A stretch of 64,000 nucleotides of DNA, from NCBI GenBank assembly GCA_963693365.1, contig CAVNZM010000002.1:15347615-15411614 (forward strand). The letters are read 5' to 3'. How positions within the stretch are numbered: the first letter of the stretch is position 1; every line of letters begins with the position of its first letter. Under the pieces are notes generated by a model, which saw only the letters and a program-made list of their open reading frames with translations, was not told the DNA's origin and did no database searches. This DNA comes from Amoebidium appalachense. Lineage: Eukaryota; Protista; Ichthyosporea. This document shows positions 51,901-62,767 of this stretch, piece by piece. The translations under genes were made by a program, and so were the position numbers.

Positions 51901-53877
51901 AGCATTTCGCGCTTACACCTATGGGGCTCCTTTCTTGTTACGAACCGACCACTCCAGCTTGACGCGCATTCTGTCTACCGGCGATGCACCGGAACCTGTT
52001 GTTGCAGGCTGGCAAATGGCGCTTTCCGCATACACATACGAAATTCAGCACAGGGCGGGCAAACACCACAGCAATGCTGATGGACTCTCTCGGCCATCTA
52101 AAGAAAATGCGCAACCAGGACCCGAAGATACTGAGCTGACATACCCCTCACTGATCGGCACAGTCTCGGGTGGCTCGTCCACGGTGTTTGCGGTAACACG
52201 CTCCGCCGCAGCGACAGCGCAGGCACAAGCTGCCACCCACCCACCCCCAGCTGAACCCACGAAACCTAATACCACGCCGCCAGAATTTATTCCCCCAAAA
52301 GCGGATGGACGAATGCCCACCTATGAACAGTATGTGTCAGCACAGAAGGCTGATAAACACATTGCGAAAGTCAGGGCCTGCCTGGAAAAAGCACCGGGCT
52401 ACGAATTATTTGGCAACGAAATCGCGATGGAAGCTAGTCGCTGCACCATAGACAATGACCTTGTGTATGTGTGGGTCCTAGAACAGCGTGGCCCCCGCAA
52501 ACCCAGCAAGGAACCACGAATTTGGGTGCCGTCTACGCTTGTGCGCCTTGTTTTGGCCGCATGTCACGACGCCCCAACCGCAGGTCACCTCGACGCAGCA
52601 CGCACCTTCCACCGTGTTACCCAGACAGCATGGTGGCCACGTGTATGGCAAGACTCGGTGCAGTGGGTAACCACATGCAAAGCCTGTCAATACCGGAAGA
52701 CACCCCGAATGCAAAAGAAACTACGAATTCACGATGGTTTTATCCCCACCTATCCCTTTCAATACGTGTCTATGGACATTACTGAGATGCCTACGAAATC
52801 TGATCTCAGAGTTTCCCTGTTGGTGTTTCTCGACCTCTTCACTCGCTGGCCGGAAGTGATTTTATTTCACAAAACACCCACAGCCGAAGATGTGGCAAAG
52901 GCATTCGAAGACTCCATCTACTGCCGTCACGGTCGTCCGGAATTTTTAGTATCAGACAACGGCGCGAATTTGGCAGCTATGTTGGTCACAGATGTCTGTC
53001 GAGTGTTGGCTACAAAACGAATTTTTGCAAGTCCCTACAGCCCCCAGACCAATGGTGCCGTAGAGCGATTCAATCGCACACTTAAGAATATTCTTGCCAC
53101 TCTCGTGCAGGATAAACACCACGAATGGATTGACTACTTACCGCAAGTACTGTTTTCCTACCGCACCGCCTACCACTCTTCCTTGGGGGACACGCCATTC
53201 TTCATGCTTTATGGCAGAGATCCGGTCGAGCCCCCCGCCCCCCAATTGCGGCTTCATGTGGGATGGAGACGGAGGAATACCGTCGAGAACTACTGCAACG
53301 AGTGCAGTATGCCCGGCAAACAGTCACACGAATTATGTCTGAAGCTGCCCGTCGTAGTAAAATCACGGCTAACAAAAATGCTCGTGAACCCACAGAACTC
53401 GAGGGTCTGGTGTTGAAAGCAGTCACAGACTCCACCACCGACCACAGTCTACCCACGGCACTCAGACCTAAATGGGAAGGTCCGTATCGCGTCCTGCGGC
53501 GCGTTACCGACGCCCCCATGTCTTACGAAATTCAGCGGGTTGGGTCAACGGACACCGTTCGAGCACACGCACGTCACTTGAAGCCGTATTTTCCCCGTGA
53601 CGACGTTGATATGACGCCAGCCGACTCTGGTCCGCAAGATTCACCCACCCCCACCTTCGAAGTGGCAAAAATTATTGCCCACAAGTACGACTCGGCAACT
53701 GCCCAAGCCCTTTACAAAGTTCGTTGGAAAGGGTACACGGCTAAGAACGACACCTGGGAACCTCACTCCGGCCTGCAAGACACAGCCGCAGGAGCACTCA
53801 CAGACTACCTACTAGTAGGTACTTTGGTGGCCGGCCCTGCCAGCCAGCCCGCACGAAAGAAGCGCCGACGTCGCTAA
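48963..53877 (+). CDS. pol: Pol polyprotein (PR, RT, RNase H, integrase, GPY/F, chromodomain), with frameshifts near 50015 and 53240
   Basis: Motifs: VDSGASHS (protease), LRVCIDFR / YLDDILV (RT), DSDAS...RTDH...NADGLSR (RNase H), HHCC and D,D(35)E (SDNG, NGAVERFNRTLK), KWEGPYRV, FEVAKIIAHK...YKVRWKGY..NDTWEP (chromodomain). Split over ORFs 49056-50024, 50015-53416 and 53263-53877. Confidence 0.93.
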
Positions 53878-53929
53878 CTTCCCTCAGCCTGGTGGTTTAC
53901 CGTCTCCAGACCATACCACCAGGCTCCCG

Positions 53930-53942
53930 AGAAGGGGGGGAG
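53930..53942 (+). promoter_or_regulatory. Polypurine tract
   Basis: agaagggggggag directly before the 3' LTR. Confidence 0.85.
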
Positions 53943-54552
53943 TGTAAACATCTGTACACGCCGTACATGTTTACTATTACGAATATACTGTACATATCAT
54001 AGTGATCACGTAGATATTGTGTACATATGATCAGATCAATATCACACGCGACAGCCGCGGGCTGCGGCTCACGACTGAGCCGCGGCGCCGGCAATATGCA
54101 GTGGCCGTGCAGTCAGTATGAACCAATAGAATTCGAGAACCGCTAGGATAGGAATGCAAGTCTCATCCACTACGGAGGCGACATCTATAGCTAAACGAAC
54201 GGAACCAATAAGGAAATCAGACCCAGTTGCATAAACCTAAACGGGCTTAAGTATTGACCAATCATTTGCCACAAAGTTATCCTTTTAGTTAGCTTCATGT
54301 TATTGGTGCACTGTGTGCACATAAAGACGACCGCACTCTTCTGACTGGTCAGAAGTCACGAAGGCATCAATGCCACCCATCCAGATGATCCGGAACCTGG
54401 GGGCTATATAAACAAGCCGTCCCAGTACGGGGGATCACTCTGAACGAGCACATTAAATAGTAACCTGGCCGCGTGTGCCTTACTACCCGTTCTCTGTCTT
54501 TATTCTGATTCAGTTGTTCTCTGCCTTATCCCAACTAGTTCAACTGTTTACA
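53943..54552 (+). repeat. 3' LTR
   Basis: Direct repeat of 46300-46909. Confidence 0.95.
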
Positions 54553-54883
54553 GTCTCCCAAAACTCTTTCGTGCTTGCGGGAGTGCGCTCGCCGAGGCAT
54601 CAGAGATTTCCTGGATTTTCGGGATTAAAAATTTTTTATCCATGGAAGGTTTTGTTACAAAGTTTGAACGTATGCATCTACGTATAGCACAAACTTCAAT
54701 TACACAACGGCAATACATTCGTGTGGTTGAACATTGGTGCCAGCGCAACGATATGAAGGTTAATGTCAAAAAGTGTGCCCAAAAATTTATCAAAATCGAT
54801 ACCGGCATGGGACGACGTTTGTATTTTTGGCAGTCCCCTCCCTCGCCCAATCGAATACAAGTATTTGGGGGTTCCGGTGGACG

Positions 54884-55049
54884 AATACTTAGCTTGATTC
54901 ATCAAGCACTATTTAGAGTGTATTCTAGGGCAATCATTGGTTGAAATCGTGTTTCTAACAATGATAGCCCATTGGGTGAGCTCCGTTGGTATATAAGGAG
55001 CGAACTCCTACTAGTCGTTAGCTCATTTCCCAACGTCGCACCCACTTCA
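54884..55049 (+). repeat. Direct repeat A1 of the YR element (TATA box, hairpins)
   Basis: Matches 57382-57548 except for a 1-bp indel. Contains the inverted repeat gcttgattcatcaagc, the hairpin gggcaatcattg...caatgatagccc, and tatataag. Confidence 0.92.
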
Positions 55050-55159
55050 TGCGACGTTTTTGGCGAGAGCTCGGTTTAGGTTGCAGTCCCCTTCGCACAC
55101 TTAGATCTAAGTAAGCTACGGTAGGTGGCAGAACTTGTCACCCTAATCCCTCGCCTAGC

Positions 55160-55903
55160 ATGGAGAACGCTGCCTTCAACCTGTATAGCGCCGAGGTTCG
55201 CAGGCTCTTTCCGGCTGATAACCACAACAAGGAGGAGTCGGACGAGCAGCGGTGTGAGCGCCTTCGGCAAACTTGGAACCCGCAGCAAAACGTGCTAGGA
55301 CTCACCCGCGGCGCGTTCGTGGAGTCGCACGCATCTCTACAAGCCGTCGAGCATTTTGTGGTTGACGGGCATTTCCCATTTGGCCCACGGCCCTTGTCGT
55401 CAGACGGATTGTTCCCTGGGGGAGACCTCCCCAAGCCCATCAAGGAGGAGACTGAACAGTGGATAGGGCTGGTCAACGCAGGTGTGCAGGCGCTCAATTT
55501 GGTTGCTGCACTACCCAAGCTAGCCAACGAGTCGGCGGACGCCTTTGCGGCCCGTCAGCTTACCCTGCTCCGCGAGCTCGTCGTCAACCTCATCAGTTAC
55601 GGCGGCGACAGACTCCAGCTGTTGTACATTTGGCGCGCGGAGGGTCACGCAGTTGCAGAGGTCGCCCGCGCCCAAATTGAGAAGACGTACAACCCCAAGT
55701 ACGGCGCCAAGTGGTCCAAGGCTGTTGCGCACGCCAAACAGAAGGAGCGCGAATCCGAGCTGGTTCGCGCATCGGCCAACAAGCAAGCTAGCGAGGGCGG
55801 GCCCGCGGGCCCCTACACGCACGAGGGCGGCCGCGGAGGCTACCCCAACCCCAACAGGACGGCACCAAGTGGCAGTCACTCTACCGGCGCTCCGCGCCAG
55901 TAG
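55160..55903 (+). CDS. ORF1 of the YR element (gag-like by position; function unknown)
   Basis: Intact 247-aa ORF downstream of the TATA box in A1, with a helical-looking core and a low-complexity Gly/Pro tail. Confidence 0.7.
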   Translation: MENAAFNLYSAEVRRLFPADNHNKEESDEQRCERLRQTWNPQQNVLGLTRGAFVESHASLQAVEHFVVDGHFPFGPRPLSSDGLFPGGDLPKPIKEETEQWIGLVNAGVQALNLVAALPKLANESADAFAARQLTLLRELVVNLISYGGDRLQLLYIWRAEGHAVAEVARAQIEKTYNPKYGAKWSKAVAHAKQKERESELVRASANKQASEGGPAGPYTHEGGRGGYPNPNRTAPSGSHSTGAPRQ

Positions 55904-56060
55904 AGGTCCCTTCGCCTTCCTTCTCCCAGCGGCGTACGCTGGGCACTGTACCATAGCGCAGCAATATTCCCCAAAAATTTGGTTTACTTTGAGTTACACT
56001 GCTCTACCGTATTGAGTTTCCACGTTCTTCCATTCGTTGTTTATTAGGTCGCTGCGGAAA

Positions 56061-57290
56061 ATGCCCGTCTGGGCCTTGAACTTCGCCACCGCGGCGGAGG
56101 ACACTGTCCCGGTAGTTTCTGCACCTGCCCCTTCCCCAGCACCTGCGGAGCCGCCAAGGTCGACTTCTCCGCCCCCCGGTGCCCCTGAAGGGGTGATTAT
56201 TTTGCCCGGTCAAGAAGGTGGTGTGGGGGGCCCAGCTGCGGGGCCCCCTCCCACTGTGGATGTACAACCCGTGGCGACGGGGCGTGTTTATATTTCTCCC
56301 ATCGGCGACTTTGGTGCGTGGCGTGCGGCTGTGGTCCAATCTATGTCCCCAACCCTCCGGGCAAATGTGGATGTTTTGATCAGCAACACCCTTGCCGCCA
56401 CCACCTGGGAGCGCTACCAGATGGAAATTCGGTTTTACCTTCAGTTTTGTCAAGAGTCCGCCTTCGCCCCTTGGCCCCTCACCGGCACGGTTGCCACTGC
56501 GTATGTGGCCAAGTTGATGGAGCGAAATTACGCGCCGGGCACGGTGGTCGGCAAGCTCTCTGCCCTGCGCAAGGTACACGAACTTTGGGGGCTCCCATAC
56601 CTTCCCCCATCGGTCATGTCCGCCCTCACCCAGGGGTACACCCGCACCCATATGCAGCGTAACCCCGACAAGCTGGCCGACCCGCAGCGGTTCGATGCCG
56701 AATGGGTGTCCCTCATCCTCACCCACCAGCCGCAGACCACCGCTGACACACAGCGGCGCCTGGGAGTGCTCCTGTTGGCCTACCTCTGGGGCCTGCGGTG
56801 GACCACGGTCACCGAACTGCTCGCAGAAGACGTGGTTTTTGAAGGCCCGCACCCACAAGGCCACCGCATCACTCTACGGCTGCGGAAAATCAAGCAAGCT
56901 GCGGGCAAGTTGCGTGACCCCGTCGTGCGCACGCGAGTGGTGCCCACCATCTGTGTCCCGGCCCTACAGGCAGCAGTGGCTGCCACCCCCCGTCCCCCCG
57001 GCGCCCCCCACTGCATCCTCCCCACCGGTAACGTCAACCACCAGACCGAGTGGATGCAGCGCAAGTTGTGCGCTATCGGCGTGAAGCCCCTGTTAGCCAA
57101 CGCCGTCACCTTCCACTGCCTCCGTCATGGCATGGTCGGCGCGGCCAAGGCTGCGGGGGTCTCTGACCAGCAAATTGATTGGGTCGGCGCCTGGCTTGGC
57201 GCGAAGCCGGCCACCTACGGCACCGGCCACCAACATACAGCCGACGACGTGCTGTATTTTGAAGCCCTGCGGGGCCTTGTTTGCAGTTGA
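56061..57290 (+). CDS. Tyrosine recombinase (phage-integrase family)
   Basis: Core-binding region TLAATTWERY...YLQFC. Catalytic set: AYLWGLR (R), RKIK (K), FHCLRHG (HxLR), GAW (W), ATY (Y). First ATG at 56061; the ORF track starts at TTG 56037. Confidence 0.9.
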   Translation: MPVWALNFATAAEDTVPVVSAPAPSPAPAEPPRSTSPPPGAPEGVIILPGQEGGVGGPAAGPPPTVDVQPVATGRVYISPIGDFGAWRAAVVQSMSPTLRANVDVLISNTLAATTWERYQMEIRFYLQFCQESAFAPWPLTGTVATAYVAKLMERNYAPGTVVGKLSALRKVHELWGLPYLPPSVMSALTQGYTRTHMQRNPDKLADPQRFDAEWVSLILTHQPQTTADTQRRLGVLLLAYLWGLRWTTVTELLAEDVVFEGPHPQGHRITLRLRKIKQAAGKLRDPVVRTRVVPTICVPALQAAVAATPRPPGAPHCILPTGNVNHQTEWMQRKLCAIGVKPLLANAVTFHCLRHGMVGAAKAAGVSDQQIDWVGAWLGAKPATYGTGHQHTADDVLYFEALRGLVCS

Positions 57291-57381
57291 TTGTGTAAAG
57301 GATCTCTAATAAGCTTGTAACGGCGCAATACTTGTCTGATCATGAAGGCAGCAGTGGACGCAGGTAGCAACCATACATCTA

Positions 57382-57548
57382 AATACTTAGCTTGATTCAT
57401 CAAGCACTATTTAGAGTAGTATTCTAGGGCAATCATTGGTTGAAATCGTGTTTCTAACAATGATAGCCCATTGGGTGAGCTCCGTTGGTATATAAGGAGC
57501 GAACTCCTACTAGTCGTTAGCTCATTTCCCAACGTCGCACCCACTTCA
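57382..57548 (+). repeat. Direct repeat A2 of the YR element
   Basis: Copy of 54884-55049, immediately preceded by B1. Confidence 0.92.
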
Positions 57549-60198
57549 CCCACCCACCCGCCCGAGCTCTAGGGTTGCATCCCAACATTGCATTGCATAC
57601 ACAGCTTCCGAGCTTTATGCGCACGTCCCCACAACACAACACACACACATGCACACACACACACACATGCACACACATGCACACACAACACACGTACACA
57701 TGTTCACCCACACCCACCCACACACACACACACACAAAACACACATAATATACACGCACGTACACGCACACACGCATGCCCCCCTGCGCACGGGTGGTGG
57801 GGGAGGTAGTGAGGTTTTGGTAAGGATATGAGGACGAGGTTGTGGTAAGCCTGTAAAGTGATGTGTGTAGCTATATGTAAGTGTTGTCGACGATCTCTGA
57901 TCCCTGTGGGATCACAGCCTGAACCGAGCTCATAAAGCAATCGGAAGCAACCATACATCTAAATGGGGCATATGTTTCAAACGGATGGTCGACCGTCGGC
58001 AGTGGAGAGTGCAGGCAGGTGTCTTCGGTTATTTAGGGATGTGTATCTTGCTACTCTTTCTCATACTGTCCACCTATACAATCGTCTTAGTATATTTCGC
58101 ACATATATTCGCCCTTTGTCTGAATACGGGTTCTATGGCAACCCCTGATACTGTTACTAATGTCCTCAAATCAATAGATGATTTCCACTACACAACTTGT
58201 TGTACGTTTCTCACTGGTCTTTCCACACCTATCCCTAGACGCCTTTTTGATTCTCTCTACGCACTCACACCACCATCACAACGCGTACACGAATTAGCCC
58301 TTAAATTTCATGAGCACATCACCCGCCTGTCCGCTTGTGCCCCGGACCACCCGCTCTTCCGGCTACACGCATCCCCGCCGGACTCGCCCCTCTACCTCTT
58401 CCCTTCCCCATCGTCTCTGCCCATTGCCGAGCGTTATGTGGAATGGCTGGCGACCCCACCGGAGGTACGGCTAGATCATAGTGTGAATATGAATAGTTTC
58501 AAGTCTATGGCTGATAGATATCTTTTTACTCTACGTGTTGAGTCCCTTCCGGTGTTAGGACCGCAAAAACACCAACTACTAGTAGCTGTCGTGTTACGCC
58601 CTTGCGTGTATACGAACTACTCTAACTATCTGCACGCTTAAAGGGGCTTGAAACTGTGTGTACGTATAAACTTTTCTTTGAGTTGGGTGGGAAGCGAGTT
58701 CAACGTGTTCTTAGAAGAACTTCGAAAAGCCCGCGACCCGCGAGACACTTCACAGACACGTGGCCCACTGGCCAGACAAATACCACAGTGACATTCAGCC
58801 AATCACAACACTCCCTCCCCCACAGGCTACACGCACTCCACACCATTGGCTACCGCCACCTCAGACACCCCTACAGCACTACAACACGTACACACCTTTA
58901 CTCACAATACATATAAGCATACACACACGCGAGCAGGCAACATGGGTCTCGCCAAGCACACAGCAAGAAGCAATACAACATTTAACATGGAGAGTACGCA
59001 GAGGCATGGAGCATGCACGCGCGCATCAAACAATCAGCCGCCGCTGCATCCGATTCTCCCCATACCACTGAATAATCTCCTCATACTACACTTAGACCCC
59101 GGAATCACTATGCAAGAAAACCCCCAAAATTCACTCACCAAAACACGAAATATAGAAGCAAACTAATACGAATCAGCTCAGCACATGACAGTAGCTACTA
59201 ATGGCTTGCTTTGACCTTGCGTATAGGACTCAATGATTTCGAGAGTGCTTTCATACGCTCAGTGGTTATCCAAACGTCCAATTGCTGCACATGGATCTGC
59301 TCTGAGGCAGGCTGATACTCGGATGAGCAGGCAAGATCAACTCGTAAAGAGCAAGATGATGCCGAGGGCTATGAGTGATGTGCAGTTCACATTCAATGTG
59401 CACATTGTTTAAAAACAGCAAATAAAAGCAGGAATAGAGTGTTAAACTTTTTCATCAACGAGTATTACAGTGTAGTACACGGCACAACTTTGCCCTTCCG
59501 CTTACTCTTTTCTCAACCGTGTGTGTGTGTGCAATGAGGTGACAATGTGGTATACGATTAGCTGTGTTTCAGCTATTTGCATTGAATAGAAGAGGGTGTA
59601 CACCCTATACTCCATAAAAACCACATGTACATCATAAGATAAACAAATATCAGCACAAACCCAAATTTACGTGTCCGCATTTAGATTCCTTTCCCTGCGA
59701 CTTACGATTATTTTTGCCACAATGCATTTAAAAATTTAATTATTTCCTCTTATTAATAAAATACCATGCAACTTCACCCCCGCCGTGTACTGTACATATT
59801 TGGCTATAGCTACCGTACATACATGGTTCGAAAATTATTTCGTGCATGACATGGTGACACAGACGGCTTACTTAGTAAAATGTGCCAATCACAAACGGTG
59901 TTTGGCTCGAGCGCGCGGCGCGGCGCAATAAAAAAAAAATATCTAGCTGGCGCATCTGACGCTTTGATACATTCAGTTATTAGTTATTAATATTATTTAG
60001 GTACGTGGCAGATATCGGGTCAGCACTGGCAGGCAATAAGTTAATAATAGTAGGCAATAAACACGCGTTGAAATAAAAAATGGTCCCAACTTGAACTCCC
60101 AAGGGCACAGCCGCACGACAGGCTCACAGCTCATGATCGGTGGAATTCTACGAGCTTCGGCCAATCACGCCTGACCTTCGCTGTCCTCCGAGACTCCC

Positions 60199-60390
60199 AT
60201 GGCGGATACGGTTAGAGAGTCTCGTTCATACATAGTCTAAGATTCGTTTATTCGTAATGTGGTGTGGTGTAAAAACGCAAAGATGATGATTGGCGGTGTA
60301 ATCGGTTTCTGGTGTCTCCTGCTCGTTTGTGTAATATGTGTGGGGGGCGGTTTACTCGCGGCTGCATATCTATCAATAAAACTGATCTCG
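60199..60390 (+). pseudogene. Disrupted copy of the 19421-19846 ORF
   Basis: MADTVRESRSYI..DSFIRNVVWCKNAKMMI..RCNRFLVSPARLCNMCGGRFTRGCISINK, with indels and a stop. Confidence 0.65.
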
Positions 60391-60703
60391 GCGGAGCCTC
60401 GATCTGTGGCCCAATCTCCATACGAGGCAGTGGGGAAGCGTAGCGCGCGCGCGCGCGTGTGTGTGTGTGCGTGTGTGGGGGAGGTGAAGGAGAGGCGGGT
60501 TGGGGGAGGAGGTAGAAGAGGTATCGGGTAGGGAGAGGGAAGTTGCATGTGTGTGTGCGGGCGGGGGAGCTACCATATGAGAGGAGTTAGGCACTTATGC
60601 AGTGCGGGTGTGTTGATTTGTGTGTGTTGGGTGTTATGGGTGTGTGTGTGTGGGTTGGGGGGGGGGGGGGGGGGGAGGGGAAGGGGAAGGGGAGAGGATG
60701 CAG

Positions 60704-60767
<64 letters not shown>

Positions 60768-60831
60768 TGTATTGTGCACACATGTGTGTGTGTGTGTGTG
60801 TGTGCGTGCGTGTGTGTCTGCAGTGTGACGG

Positions 60832-60907
<76 letters not shown>

Positions 60908-61978
60908 GTGTGTGTGTGTGTGTGTGTGTGTTTGTGTTTGTGTGTGTTTGCGTGCACATGATATGGTATGCGCGTGTGAGTGGTAGGGAGTGGCTGTTGA
61001 TAAACACTCTCCCCACGGCAACAGAAAGACATTTTCTTTGCAGCCATTCCAGTCATTAAACAACAACCAATTACATTTCACTACCGGCATACCAGTGATA
61101 AATAACCGTAAACAACCGTACGTAGGTATGATGTAGTACTCCGGGAAGGCTGTACCTGTTGCTGTCGCGGTGTTGTTGTCGACGGTGATTTAGGGATTTA
61201 TGAAATCACCATGCGTTAAAGTTGGAGTTGAAAACAATTGTGTTCCTATTGCGTGGAAGTACACTGGAGTGCCTTGTATTCTTTCTTCACCAGAACACAA
61301 TGGAAATGAAAACGTACGTTGACTTTCTCGTTTTGGTGAATTGGTCCGTGCCCTTCAACCTTTTGTATGGCTGGTACTACATGCAGTTTCCCGTAGACTC
61401 CATGTGTGTCACTTTTGAAATATACCGACCATGTGCCGGCACCCCATCGATCTGTAGGATTGAAACAGTTGGGGAACTTAAGCGTTCCTGTTGCTAAACA
61501 GTAATGTTTCGGGTTTTTCAGTTGAATTGGAGAGAGAGAAGGTAAATACCCTCTGAAATCGGTACGTAGTGCCATCAATTCTCCACCGTCAGCTGCCATG
61601 CTGAAACCGGATAGACTTTGAACTGAATGCGATCGCTACGTTTTGTAGTTGGTGTATATATATGCCAGAATAATAATTTATGACAGGTGCGGTTAAAGAG
61701 GGGACTGTGCGTGTTGTTTTTTTGGAGATTTGTGACTCGTTTACATATCTGAATAAAGATTTTTTATTTTCAGCTGGAATCTGAATTGTGGGACTCATCG
61801 GCCGTTGCTGTTTTTCCCTTATGCCTTGCTCTTCCCTTGTTGTTTGATTGCTCGTGCTCTTCCCGTTGCTTGCTCTGTTTCCCTGATCCCTTTCGTTCCC
61901 TTCCATTGCTGTTCCCTTCTCTTACCCGTGGTTTTTTCTTCCCCATTCCCGTTCTGTTTAAGCTTTTGTGGTGTGTGT

Positions 61979-62103
<125 letters not shown>

Positions 62104-62125
62104 TGTATGTGTGCGTGCGTGCATG

Positions 62126-62767
62126 CTATACACATGCACGCGCGCTTGTTTTTGGTCCGGAAAAAAGCACCACTATGTTCCCTGCGGTATCTGCAGGAAC
62201 ACGGGGCAGTTTCTGCGCCACTCCACCTGGTGATTGAGGAAGAGTAATGACGTGTCCTTTCATTGCCCAATATTGTGTATCTTCAAGGAAGTAGGGCGAC
62301 GATAAACGGCACAGGTGAATAGAAGACCGGTAAAGAGCAACAGCTCTCTCTTCTGCAAACGACAGGTTCCCAAACTTATTCAGTAGCCAATCCGGTCCCA
62401 ACCATTTAGGTCCGGCTAATGCGTAAAATGGAGTGTGTCCTTTTTTCAATGCGTTATTGCATGTTTTGCAGATGCGTACCATAATGTTATCAGTGTGTTG
62501 TTCAAGACCGGCGACCTCAATCAAACAGCCAGTTTCCCGAAGTTCTGTGAGCAACTCAGCCCGTGAATCTAGCTCAGGCCAACGCTCAAACAAATCTGTT
62601 TGCTGATTGGTCGGTTGCAATAAAGAACTATAAATTTCTGCAAATTCAAGTGTTGAAATGCGCATAACACTCGAGTTCGGTACCAGCTTATCGCATACTG
62701 CACATGACAAGTGCATTGTATTTTCCGGACTTATCAACTCTCGGTAAATGTTCACTGATTCCTGCAC
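62126..62767 (-). mobile_element. Helitron/Helentron RepHel N-terminal (DUF6570-like) fragment
   Basis: Pattern CAVC...ICKTC..AL...P..ALA..WLG...LSFAEE.AVA..R...KGHVITLPQ.P..VA..LP...IVVLFSG. Truncated at a (CA)n tract, with no HUH or helicase motifs in the window. Confidence 0.75.

Larger units (their letters stand above)
46300..54552 (+). mobile_element. Full-length Ty3/Gypsy LTR retrotransposon with chromodomain integrase
   Basis: Two 610-bp LTRs (TGTAAACA...TGTTTACA), 5-bp TSD GTCTC (46295-46299 and 54553-54557), PBS, PPT, and gag-PR-RT-RNaseH-IN-chromodomain order. Confidence 0.97.
54884..57964 (+). mobile_element. Tyrosine-recombinase mobile element (DIRS/PAT/Ngaro- or Crypton-like) lacking reverse transcriptase
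   Basis: Repeats A1 54884-55049, B1 57366-57384, A2 57382-57548, B2 57946-57964. AAT at both ends. Two ORFs. Excision restores the LINE frame. Confidence 0.88.
54680..58650 (+). pseudogene. Degenerate non-LTR (LINE) reverse transcriptase C-terminal part, interrupted by the YR element
   Basis: EHWCQRNDMKVNVKKC and YKYLGVPVDE lie before the insertion. WGICFKR and RLSIFRTYIRPLSEYG lie after it. These are typical LINE RT domain 6/7 and thumb motifs, with frameshifts. Confidence 0.75.

Noticed and set aside
54884-57548. Reading A1/A2 as LTRs of a retrotransposon, or the YR as bacterial/phage contamination
   Set aside because: There are no TG...CA ends, PBS, PPT or 4-6-bp TSD. The element is embedded in a eukaryotic LINE, has a TATA box and contains host-type CA microsatellite.
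59905-59950. GC-rich hairpin followed by CTAG, resembling a Helitron 3' end
   Set aside because: The hairpin is weak, it is not followed by T, it is on the opposite strand to the DUF6570 ORF, and no matching 5' end was found.
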